64,000 nucleotides of DNA from the NCBI GenBank assembly GCA_002189035.1, contig CM007989.1, forward strand, positions 2,170,001 to 2,234,000, read 5' to 3'. Position 1 is the stretch's first letter; each line of letters starts with the position of its first letter. Below the pieces are notes generated by a model. That model ran no database searches. It was given only the letters and a program-made list of their open reading frames with translations, and was not told the DNA's origin. The DNA is from Utricularia gibba. Its lineage: Eukaryota > Plantae > Magnoliophyta. The translations under genes and the position numbers were made by a program. This document shows, piece after piece, positions 49,536 through 61,506 of this stretch.

Positions 49536-51471
49536 TAATTTCTTTGTGAGTGACGATTATTGCCATCATGAAGGCACCAGTGTTAGTTTCATAGGAGTAG
49601 ATCATCTTAAGCTCTTGTTTATTCCATCTTTCAATTGATTCCAATAATCTTCCTGCGAAACAATTGGCCGTAAGTGTACATTTCGATAGACTGATGTGTG
49701 GTAGCATGGGACTTATCCGTTGCATGAATCTTCAATTTTAAGGATAGCCTTCAACTACACTTTAATCAAGGGGTGAGTCATTAGGCACTCTTTTTTTGTT
49801 ATCATGTTCAATGTGTGGAGTTAACCGAGTAAATATGATGCTTTCCACCCTGAAGTGTTTGAGTTCACTTTTGTCTTGTTAAGCTGTAGGCATGTCTACG
49901 TTTGTTTCCACTACGGCAGTCCACTTGCTAATTATTTTACGATGGCACACCATACACTAGAGATTCATATTCTGTTCATATTATCACCTCGTATTCTTGA
50001 CTGGCATTTGATGCTACTTCAAACTTTTCGTTTCCCCAGGCACTTGAGCATATTGTTTTGTTACCTTCTGCTATCAAGTCTCAGTGAACAGAGGATTATG
50101 CTGTGGTCCTATTCCATTTTATTCGGGCAGAAGTGAAGGTTACAGGGCAACCATAATCCTGATCACCAGGTTGTTCTTTTGCTGCCATCCCTTTAGAATA
50201 GTGCCCATTTCCGTGTTACATCTTACAACCTGAGCATGCTGTCTACCCTTATCACCATCACTTTTATTTGTTCCTCTAGTAGATTTTCCATATAGCTTCA
50301 TGGAATTATGTGCTCTTATGACCCTTAAAGCATATTACAGAGAATGAACACCCCCTCTATGCCTTCCCAATTCATGTCATAATTTTATCCTGAGGCGCAG
50401 CAGCTACATGTTTCACTAGTTTTAGGACCTAGAAAGAACACTCGACATAGGGATGGAGAGAGAGACTGATTTCATCATGGACTGCTGGTGGATGTGTACA
50501 TTTTTGAAGTTGAGTGATGCTTAGGGACAGAATAAAAGTTGCGGCTGGTGTGGCTGAAGGATAAAGATATGTTAATCAAGTGTGGGGCGGGGAGATGATA
50601 AGGCTTTGCGATCTTTTATCTTCTTTACGTAAAGCATGTTAAAAGTCGATCCAGTCAAAAGCCATGACGACATCAGAATCTCAAATATCAACAGCACAAA
50701 CAACTCTCATGGATGGATGGATGCACATGCACCCTCTCTTTTTCCCTTGTCGAAGCTATAGGTAAACCCACAACACTCAGCCTCTCTATAGTTAAACCTA
50801 CGTACGACCCATGCTTCCTTCTACATGGAGAGTGCATAGTTGGCTTCCGGATGCTCTTCTTCCTCTTGTACCATGGTGTATGGTCATCATGAAAAGGAAC
50901 ACACCATATGCTGGGGGTAGTGGCACCAGTGAGGGAGGAATCTGGAGCCACTATCTCCAGCATTTCATTATCTTGCTCCTTTTTTCCCGGACCAATGAGG
51001 GCATGTTTTTTTTGAACTGACAAGCTTTTGGGGAGGGTAAGACAGGGTCCTGAGATACAATTGAGAGATAAACACTCAGACATCAGGGTGGTTCAATGAG
51101 GATGATCAATCGGTTGATCGAATTCCCCATTGGTTTCTGTCATAAAACCTAAGCAGATCAGGAAAAGCAACAATAATCCAAAAGGAGGAACAAAGGGGAG
51201 AAGGAAAAAAAGTATCTGGGGTGATGTAATGGGGAGCTACAATCTTATGATAAATAAAGGCCTTCAGCCTTCAGGCCTAATTTATTCAATAGAAGGAACC
51301 AGTTGAAGTTGATGTATCGGATAAGGAGGAGAAGGGAGAAGAATCTATTATTCCAGAGGGGCATTGAGGCAAATGAAGTATGTCGTCACCATTCCCCTTG
51401 GTGGGGGCACACCAAACAAGCCCTATTTATTCAGCTTTACGCTTCATGAAACAAGTTTCAGGAAACAGACC

Positions 51472-52002
51472 ATGATTCAGTCAGCTACTCCCTTTCAACC
51501 AGCAAGAAAAGGGGGAACTATGGCCGGTGATCAACAACCTACTCCACAGAGCTCTGAGGAATGGTTAAGTCTCAGACTGGGGAGGGAACCATCACAAGAG
51601 TCAGAGAGACAGTCAAGGATTACATCAGCTAGTGTATTTTCCTGCAACTTCTGCTTGAGGAAGTTCTACAGCTCACAAGCTCTGGGAGGACATCAAAACG
51701 CACACAAAAAAGAGAGGGGAGCAGTTAAGCAATACCAGACGCAGAAAATGATGGGAATGGTGCCGATGTATGGCACCACGCCGAGATCACTAGGAGTGCA
51801 CGCTCATTCCCTTGTCCATAAGCCACCAAGGATCGCTCCAAGTTCAAGAGGTAACAACACAAGAGTTGGAATGTTATGTGAATCCAGCAAGCTAGAGAAA
51901 GAAGCAAATACCTTGTGGCCTGGAAGTTTCCGAGTAGGTACCAGAGAACAAGAAGAAAATCCATGGAATTCAAATGCACTTGATCTAAATCTGAAACTGT
52001 AA
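51472..52002 (+). CDS. Single C2H2 zinc finger protein with EAR motifs (ZFP family)
   Basis: FSCNFCLRKFYSSQALGGHQNAH, N-terminal WLSLRLG and C-terminal LDLNLKL. The start is at 51472 or 51520. Confidence 0.9.
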   Translation: MIQSATPFQPARKGGTMAGDQQPTPQSSEEWLSLRLGREPSQESERQSRITSASVFSCNFCLRKFYSSQALGGHQNAHKKERGAVKQYQTQKMMGMVPMYGTTPRSLGVHAHSLVHKPPRIAPSSRGNNTRVGMLCESSKLEKEANTLWPGSFRVGTREQEENPWNSNALDLNLKL

Positions 52003-52328
52003 TTAGCCTAGTACGAATCACTCAAAGCTAGTGGCATTCAAGTTGCCGCCTCTCCTCTCCCATGAGACCTGCAAATAATTTAGAGGATATTGTAGCATAC
52101 ATTACAATATTCCCTTGCATGGTTCCACTTTCCATCTATCTGTACATCCTTCAACATGACAAATCTAACACAAATTAACCTAGCACGTATTCAGTTTCCA
52201 CAAACTAATAAAACACAAAGCTCCATTAAAAATCAATTATACATTATTTACCATGGAAAAGCTAAACTACATGATCAACAAGAACTTCGTTTACAAATCC
52301 ATGTCTTCTTTTATGTTACATCATAATC

Positions 52329-54315
52329 TTATGAGATTATCAGCTTCTGGGTCTTTCTGGACATGATTGGCAGCATTTCACTGACAACGCCAGGATCACT
52401 ATACGCAGCAGAGTCAGTAGGAAACCCTCTCTGCGACAAAAGAGAACAACATCAAGGGCTGCACTTTGACACACGTACTTTCTTCACGGATAGAGTAGAT
52501 TAACTCACGGAGGCAAGGAACGGAAAAGTAGCTTCTCTCCAGGATATTTCACGAAGAACAATTGGTTTTACAATATCACTGAAAGTGCAATGCATACGAG
52601 TGTCCCGCAATCTGAGAAGTACTCCATCGACTCTCAGCTATAAAACGATATCAATATCACTTTGACAGCAAAACATGTTTGATAAAGCATTCCAAATAGA
52701 CCCACCCAGAATCGCAACAGAAGAAACCATCCAGATGGCATGACTCTCTGCAAAAGCACAAGAATGAAAACAACGAAACATTATCCACCGATCATTTTTC
52801 CAGTCAAACAAAAATAGGGGCATACCACTTTCACTGTCAACAAAGAAATCCCGTTGTCAGCTAGTTCATCTTCATATAGTATTACCTGTTCAAAGATTGA
52901 AATGCAGAACATGCACACACGAAAATACGGGGATTAGTTGCATCCACATACCTAACTTTTTAGAAACTCTACAGTGAAATGCACACTGGCAAACCTCATC
53001 ATAAAAGAGAATGGGCTCTTTTGCAGCCAATGCAACCATATCAATTTGCTCTGAACAATCTTCCCAGCAAGCATTGCTAAATCTCTCGCCATTGTTCTCT
53101 CTTCCAGGCTAAAAACAAATAATCCCTTACCCCAGAACTCAAATGCAAATATTAAGTGAACAAGCAGGACAACTCCCACGATACACAAATCCAACATGCA
53201 TGTTTGGTGGTTCAGGAAGAGGATAATTAAACAGGCATGATTACAAGGTGAAAAGCTCAATGGTGTAGAGGATATTAGCACAATTAGCCATCACGTTCAC
53301 CTACAAAATATACGCTGAACTGAAATTTTAAATAATCCGAACCTTAATGTTTTCCTGGATACATACACTTCCACTGTAAGGTGTTGTAAATGTGTAGTCA
53401 TAATCCAATATCACCTGGTCAGAGGGCTTACTGCAATGTAGCACACCAACTAAGAGTATGCACCACAAGGTTTCAAGATTTTACTTTGATACCGTAACAG
53501 ATGACAAAAAAGAAACTTTCATTGGCTAACGCATGTTAATCATAGATCCGCGCTAAATTGTGTTGATGCTGGAAAAATAATCATATGAGGCTTGAAAATT
53601 GAATGCATAAAACAATTAGTCTCGGCTTCAATGTATCATAACAAATTATCACCATAGTTTGGTATGATTCGAAGCATCTAATGTAATATTGCAGAGACAC
53701 ATGAAGCGAATGCATATTTTTGAAATTTTCGTTTTTTAAAATTCTAGAGACATGCTACAAGGAAAACTGCAAACACAGAGAGGGGTGAGGAAAACTGAAA
53801 ATACACCTTCTAAATTTCCACACTGCAGCTGCCGGGACTTCAACTGGTGGTAGGGCTTCTTGCTTCCAGCCACAAAGTGCATCATATGCATTGAAACTTA
53901 AGTTTATACCACTGCTCAAATGCTTAAGAACCAAATAACTCTCCCCGAAAATCATCTCCGGAAAATGGGATGTCTGAAGTTTCGCCTCCCACCTGAAAGC
54001 AAATACCCAACGTAACACCAACCATTTATCCTTCTCACCCATCAGGTAAGGAGTAACTAAAACCCGTAAAAAAAAAAAAAAAAAAGAGTTGATGAGGAGG
54101 GAGATTAAACTATCTCCCACAACGCACAATCGAGTCCGATCACTGCAGAGGTAAGGTAGGTGACCAAGGCATTACCGCTGAAGCATAGAAGAACTGAGGA
54201 TCGGACGCTTCCGAGACTCAATCTCCCAGCCGCGAATAACAAATCCGATGCGCCCACCTCCCAGAGGCTTCGCACCAGCGGCCTCCCGTTCCTTCTCGTC
54301 CCCCTCATACTCCAT
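52329..54315 (-). CDS. TIP41: TIP41-like protein (PP2A/TAP46 regulator), multi-exon
   Basis: GWEIESRK, TSHFPEMIFGE, WKQEALPPVEVPAA, ILDYDYTFTTPY, KEPILFYDE|VILYEDELADNG, RVMPSGWFLLLRFW|LRVDGV. All introns are GT-AG and in frame. Confidence 0.93.
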
Positions 54316-56990
54316 CGATACCTACTCCCGCCACACGATTCGCCCGTCAGTTCTCTTTGAATCAAAAAGAAATCTTCACCGCGACACGAGCGGCGATTTC
54401 TCCTAGGTAGAGTGAGTGAGTCGAGTGATTCTTTCTACAAAGTGGGCCATGGATCTGAAGCCCAACAACGTAAACCCGTTGCCCACCATTTTCAGTGGAG
54501 CCCATTAAACAAAGTATTTTCCTTTTAAATCATCTCAACAGCCTTTTTATGGAAATTAAAAATAAAAAATAGAAAGCACAACCAGATCTAAAATCACTTT
54601 TTTACTAAACTTTTAAACAATTCAAATTACAACACAAACAATTCTACATGATTAAAAATTATTGAATCTGATTCAATATATTATTAAAATAATTCAATTT
54701 AAATTTATTATTAAATCAAATAATAGATTCAACTCCCTTTTAAAAGGTGGAAGTAAATGATCGTATATGTGTGTTTATGTAATACCTCATACTTTTTTTT
54801 ACATGATATTATCTTTTTCGAATATTCAATCTTCATAATTTTACATTTTTTTTCATACCTTTAAGTGTTTTCTCAAAATTTCATTCATCTTCACTTTATT
54901 TCATTACAACCAAAAACATTTAACTTTGGAGTTAATATCAATGATCCTTCATCATATTGGGAAAAAAAAACTTTGTACAAAATTTATGTAATTATTCTAG
55001 TCAATCCCATTTTCTTCACATAATTAACCAAACGGGGCATCACAAACATGCGTGTAGCGGGCACTGAAAACATGGAGAGAGGGTAAAACGGGAATTTCGT
55101 TAGTCCTTGAATACGCGGTCCTGTGGGTAGCGTTTGGGCAAGAATTTCGTTTGCCTTCCACCTTACGTGATCATTTCTGTGGCATGTCACGTCCTCTCCG
55201 ATTTTCAAGCTTAATTAGCACGTGTTTTTTATGTTTAACGCACGTGGCTTCATCACCTTCGAATGGGAGTCAAACTGTCTTGTAAGGACGGTGATTAGTC
55301 ATCGGTTTTTAGGCCTCACTTTAGAATTTGGACTCAGTTGGAGTAACAATTACATCACCTTAAAGCGGAAAAATAATCAATTCCTGTCTTTTTTTAAAAA
55401 TTCCTTCAATAATTGATAAATGCGCAGGAGCCTATCACATTTAAAATTACACTGCCCTAGTAAAAAAGAAAAAGGATGAGGACGACAGAACTTAAGGGAT
55501 GTTCCCCAAATCTCGACCCCGATCATTTTTCACGTGCCTCGAGTAGTCTTTTATCCGATAATTCCTAAAAAAAATAAGCCAATAATTTATATTCATGAAT
55601 ATAATATTAAAAATAGTAAGATAAGGGGGGAATTATTGCCACCCTTGTCCCCAAGTTTGCAGTGCAATAACAGTTCATCGTTTGTGGACCACTTATTATA
55701 TATAATATATCATTATTGTTGCCTTGGGAAATAGCCCATCCACGATCATGTCATGTATATGCCTCTTGGAAACCGTTATATACTTTTTCAAATGCAATAA
55801 TGGATATTTTTTTTAGGCCCAGTGATATTAAGCATCCCACATTGATTATGGAAGAATGAGTTGATATACTTAGATAAAGATATTCTTTTAATCTTACATG
55901 AGACATTTTTCATAAAAGAATAAAATGTAAAATCGTGAGAATTGAATATTCGAAACGAACAATATCATATAAGGTAAGTGTAGGTCGTGACAGCATGCCT
56001 TATTGCCTAATGGTTGGTTTCATTACACGAATGTTGTCGAATTATAAGAGTTATTCACTTGGTGTAAATTACAACGATGCGTGGAATCCGTTGGACAAAT
56101 GCTTTGGGGTGAAAGGGACGATGTTGTGAGGTGGGGCGCATACGAAGAAGTGCATTCATGTCCTTGTTCCTCCCCCATCAACCTGTTTCCTGCTACATGT
56201 CTATCTCGTCCACCACATTTTGTACTTTAGGGTAAAATTAGGTGGACAGAAATGGGGTCATTAGCTAGCTAATAGCTACTATGCATTTAAGATAATGAAT
56301 GCAATTATGTTAAGTAGCTCAAAAATGCCAGCTTGATTACGTGGTGGACCCTTAAAGAACAAGCCAACCACAATTTTGGACCCATTGAGCGTGCGATTCG
56401 GCTCGTAGGACACGTTAAATACTCTTCTTTTTCTTTTTTAAAGTAGGCTCTATTAGGGTTTGCGCCTTTGGGACTTGAGGAATGTATGTGATAAAAATAG
56501 ACATTTTATATATAAAAATTTGATCGTAATATATGACCACTTTTCGAAATAACTAGGGATTTAAGTGACTGTTCCTCTCTCCCTTGTATTAAGCTTTTCT
56601 TCTTATTGTTCTTTCAATCGTGTATGAGAAGAGTTTCCCTCGTGGACGTACTGCAAGAGATGGAACACAAGCAAACTATGAAGGTGTGGGACTTGAGGGG
56701 GGATTCTTCTTCTGCTATTTACGAGTTTATCCTTGGGAAGAAACAAGTTATTTACAAAAATGTCATTAGTACACTTTTTATCATATATTAAGTTAAAAAT
56801 TTTACATTATAACTATCTAATTTTATCACATAATATCTGACACAGCGATATTTATAATTGAAAAAAACAGCACACCCTGTCCGGGGCAGTTGAAGTTGGT
56901 GTGGAGGCATACAGTAGCGGCCGCTGGGCACTGTTGGGGTGGTCCTCCGACTTTACCCGGAAATGGCCGGCCCAAAGCTCGTGTCTTTTT

Positions 56991-57295
56991 TACGTGTCCT
57001 TGGCCGGACCCCACGTGTCCCCAAGATCCGATACCAGATTAGACCTCTGCGGGGCCCATCATCCCCCATCATCCCCCGTTCCCACCGTACACAATAATTA
57101 CCAGATTACCCGTCTTGACTTGACCCCTGTCTCTTGTCGTTCGTAATCCTTTGAAATTCCGAATTTGACCAAGTCCGCGCCTCCTAATTTCTGTAATCTA
57201 CTTAACTAACGTACTCCAGAGTGTGGTCCCCACCATGACGCACCACGTGGTGGTTTGTGGTGCGACGGGCGCCTCTTGCTACCTCTATTTATACC
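56991..57295 (+). promoter_or_regulatory. GH3 proximal promoter: G-box/ABRE, AuxRE, TGACG and TATA box
   Basis: TACGTGTC near 56991, CACGTG at 57012-57017, TGTCTC at 57128-57133, TGACG next to CACGTG near 57237-57251, TATTTATA near 57286. Confidence 0.55.
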
Positions 57296-57370
57296 CCTCC
57301 CGCGCCCCCACACACCAACGGGAAAATCGTCCTTGTTTCTCTCTTAGCTGTCTTTCCTTCTGCTCCTCCA

Positions 57371-59315
57371 ATGGCGGTGGAATCAATACTAGCGTCTCCG
57401 ATGGGGCCGCCACCTTGCGAAAAGGACGCGAAGGCGCTGCAGTTCATCGAGGAGATGACTCGCAACGCCGACGCCGTTCAGCAGCAAGTGTTATCCCGAA
57501 TCCTCTCCACAAATGCTAAAACAGAGTATCTGCAGAGATTCAACCTCGACGGTGCCACTGATCGCGAAACCTACAAGTCCAAGATTCCTATAGTGTCCTA
57601 CGACGATCTGCAGCCGTTTATTCAAAGAATCGCCAATGGCGACCGTTCGCCGATTCTTTCTGCTCAACCTGTCTCTGAATTTCTTACCAGGTAAGAGAGC
57701 TCCGTCGAGAAATTAGGTTAGTGGAAGTTGATTTTTGTAGGTGTTGCTTTAAGTAAAATTCAAATTTCTGTGTGCCAGCTCTGGAACTTCCGCCGGCGAG
57801 CGGAAGTTGATGCCGACGATCAAAGAAGAATTAGACCGGCGGCAGCTTCTCTACAGCCTTCTTCAGCCGGTGATGAACCTGTGAGAAGAAAAACACCATT
57901 ACGTAATCTCAGGATTTCTCAACGCACTCTGTTCTAAAGCTTTTTTTTTTTCGTTGCACCAGATACGTGAAGGGGCTTGACAAGGGCAAGGGGCTTTACT
58001 TTCTGTTCATCAAATCGGAAACCCGAACCCCCGGCGGCCTCCTCGCCCGCCCCGTCCTTACAAGCTACTACAAAAGCGAGCATTTCAAGACCCGCCCCAT
58101 AGACCCGTACAATATGTACACCAGCCCCAATGAGGCGATCCTCTGCCCCGATTCATTCCAGAGCATGTACACTCAGATGCTCTGCGGCCTCTACGAAAGG
58201 CACCAAGTACTCCGCGTCGGCGCCGTCTTCGCCTCCGGCCTCCTCCGCGCCATCCGCTTCCTCCAGCTGCATTGGCCCGAACTGACCCACGATATTCGAA
58301 CCGGGTCACTCAGCCCGCAGATCACGGATACATCTCTCTGCGACTGCATGACCCGGGTCATGAAACCCGACCCCCGCCTAGCTGACGAGATTGCCAAGGA
58401 ATGCTCTAAGGATAACTGGGAAGGGATCATCACCAGAATTTGGCCCAACACGAAGTACCTGGATGTGATCGTCACCGGCGCCATGGCTCAGTACATTCCT
58501 ACACTTGATTATTACAGCGGCGGGTTGCCTAAAGCGTGCACCATGTACGCCTCGTCGGAGTGCTATTTCGGCCTCAATCTGAATCCGATGTGCAGCCCTT
58601 CGGAGGTCTCGTACACCATCATGCCCAACATGGGGTACTTCGAGTTCCTCCCCTGCAACGGCCACTCCGCCACTACAGACTCTCACTTGGTGGACCTTGC
58701 GGACGTCGAGATGGGGAAGGAATACGAGCTTGTCATCACGACGTACGCCGGTCTATACCGTTACCGGGTCGGGGACATTCTCCGGGTCACCGGTTTCCAT
58801 AACTCAGCGCCACAGTTCCAGTTTGTTCGCCGCAAAAACGTCCTCCTGAGCATCGATTCCGACAAAACGGACGAGGCGGAGCTGCAGGCCGCCGTCGAGA
58901 GCGCCTCGGTTCTTCTCAAGGAGCACGCCACGACCGTGGTGGAGTACACGAGCTACGCCGATACAAAAATGATCCCCGGGCATTACGTCGTCTACTGGGA
59001 GCTGCTGGGGGAACACCCAGCGGTGACTGTTTAGAAAAATGCTGCCTGGCAATGGAAGAATCGCTCAACTCGGTGTACCGTCAGTGCCGGGCCGCGGATC
59101 ACTCAATCGGGCCGCTGGAGATTCGGGTGGTGAGGAACGGCACGTTCGAGGAACTGATGGACTACGCCATCTCCAGAGGCGCGTCGATTAACCAGTACAA
59201 GGTACCCAGATGCGTCAGTTTCGCGCCCATCCTCGAACTACTCGACTCCCGAGTCGTGTCCACGCATTTCAGCCCGTGCCCGCCGAAGTGGACGCCGGAG
59301 CGACGCCTCTCATAA
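57371..59315 (+). CDS. GH3: Group II GH3 IAA-amido synthetase (GH3.1-like); exons 57371-57690, 57779-57880, 57963-59315; one apparent -1 frameshift
   Basis: EFLTS|[39 protein letters not shown]. The G5 run at 59007-59011 needs G6 to read [22 protein letters not shown]. Confidence 0.9.
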
Positions 59316-60473
59316 ACCTGAACTTGTATCATAAACCAGACCCTGCAGCCTGAATCTGTATGTGTAGACTTGTGTCAAGAGGTACGCCGTTTTGTTCAGT
59401 CCTCGTCTCCATGCTGTACATGCATCGCCTCTTCCTCCATCAACTCACCCATCCCGATCAGACCTGGAATTTCTGCATTTACTCCGGCTACTGTTCTGAT
59501 CTCATCTCAAAGGCAAAACAACGCATGCAAGTAAGAAATTTCTGTTTCAAGAATAACGCCAACTACCGGTCAAGGTCACATTAAATCACGCATGCAGCAA
59601 AATAAAAGGCAGATAGGAGTACACGTCGCCATAACCGAAATCGGGAATTGCTGAGACCGGAGGACAGTGCACCCATGTTGCGTGTCTGTCTTATCCTGAT
59701 TGGTCCAGACATGCAATAATAATAGCACACGCCCTGCGCTGCCCTCCATGCACCCAGCACCCCATGTGATCCTGCTGCTGCTCATTACAAAAAGATTGTG
59801 TGCATTTTAACCCCATGAGTAGGATTCCACGTGTCCTCCCCGCCAGCAACAAACAAACCCTTGTTACACATTCCATGATTACGTTGAATGGCTTCAGCAA
59901 TGATTTCATTTAGCATCGCACATGCCACCGTCTACCAGTACCAAGATGTCCCGTCGGTAACTTTAGCAGAAGCCGATGCTACTTACTATTACCGCCAGGA
60001 ATCAGCTGCCTCACTTGTAAAACAACAAAATCTACCACATTTTCTTTTTTGGAAGGTTGATGATTCATGATAATGGTTGATTGTGCCACCCATCAGCAAA
60101 GGGTTGGTAATTTACCTCATGTTGTTTGACAATAAACGTAGGGTTTAACCATACGAAAGGTCTACGGTTGCGTGGGCATGTGAGCGGAAGTTGTAGTCCA
60201 TCAAACCCAGTTGCGTAAGGGGAAGTACGTCCTCTAAAGGGAGTCAATGTAACTCAGAAGCATGAGATCAGAACTCCGGACGTCCAAGTAACCGCTAGTT
60301 AACTGGACATTCCGGCGGCCGCAGTTCCCGATGATGCCCTCAGTCAAGACCACAAGTGTCCATTCAATGAGTTTAACCCAACCAGCTTTAATTCTGAAAA
60401 GCAAAAAAGGGCCTATCAGTCTTATCCTCGGGTGGTTGCTGCACTTTCGGCTGGGACCTCATCGAATGGATAT

Positions 60474-60545
60474 TTTATTTGCATACTTTGACTGTTTTCT
60501 TTTGGCTGCTGCCTTGCCACGACGAGCCGAAAGTATGCAAATAAA
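60474..60545. repeat. Perfect 16-bp inverted repeat with a 40-nt spacer
   Basis: tttatttgcatacttt (60474-60489) and aaagtatgcaaataaa (60530-60545). Confidence 0.9.
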
Positions 60546-61506
60546 GTAGTTACCTGAAAGTTGGCTGTGGCCTTCCTGAACTCAAAGGGTTTATTTGCAT
60601 ATTTTATTCGCATACTTAGCCACGAGGGGGCAGGGTGTTGTCTTCCTGAACCTTCCTTTCTTACAGTTCGGCTTGCTGCAAAGAATGCCGGGTTTAGTAT
60701 AGCTGCTATAAACACAGATTCATTATCATTCTGATTCTACAGGAAATAGCTACCCCTTCCAGAGCAATCCACACCCCCCGAGTCCGAGCAATGCATTCAA
60801 CAATTGGAACTAAGAAATACTAAAGAAACCAAGTTGCTCCCATTCTAATCACACCTTGGATTGAAGGGCTCCTAATATTAATAATAATTAAATCGTTTCA
60901 AATAATTATATCTAAATTAGTTGAAAACCTTATAATAGCAACATAACTGGGAGTTCCCGCACCATAGCTAATGAAAGATGAATTGGGGGCTATCCATCTA
61001 CTGTGGAGATGGGCTGGCCCAACTGTCTTGGCCTACAAGCGAGAGAACAAGGAAGTCCTTTGACACTTGGAGCTGGATTTTTCTCATGGATAGACGGCCT
61101 GCTCAAGATTGTAACGTGGAAGCGTACAAAGAGAAAGTCACATCATGGTGGGCTTATACAAGGAGGCTTGATCAACTCTCTTAAGATAAATGAAGGACAA
61201 GCAAAGTATGAAGTAAAAAACATGACTAGCAAGGCAAAGATGGATAGCAGTTGGAGATGCGTAAACTTGTCATCCATTTTGTGTGAATTTGGGGCAAAAT
61301 GAGGAGTTACAAGAGATATGCCTTTGGCAAAGCATTCACGATCCTAACTTGCAGAATAAGCACAACAATTTAAAACAACTCCGCAGCAGCTGAACATCAC
61401 CTTCTCCATGGCAAAAGCTCATGCATTTCAAATAAAATTCATGATGTGGGACTTTAGCAAACAATCAGCGCATCGAGAATGGCTGAAGAAAATTACCAGG
61501 GTCAGG

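Noticed and set aside
50688-51083. 131-aa minus-strand ORF upstream of the zinc finger gene
   Set aside because: No recognisable motif or splice structure; probably promoter or UTR sequence.
3720-59315. Biosynthetic or auxin gene cluster (SDR, cyclase, BGAL, CAD, UGT84A, GH3)
   Set aside because: There is no scaffold-forming enzyme or P450, the enzymes are interspersed with housekeeping genes, and the order appears to be ancestral synteny.
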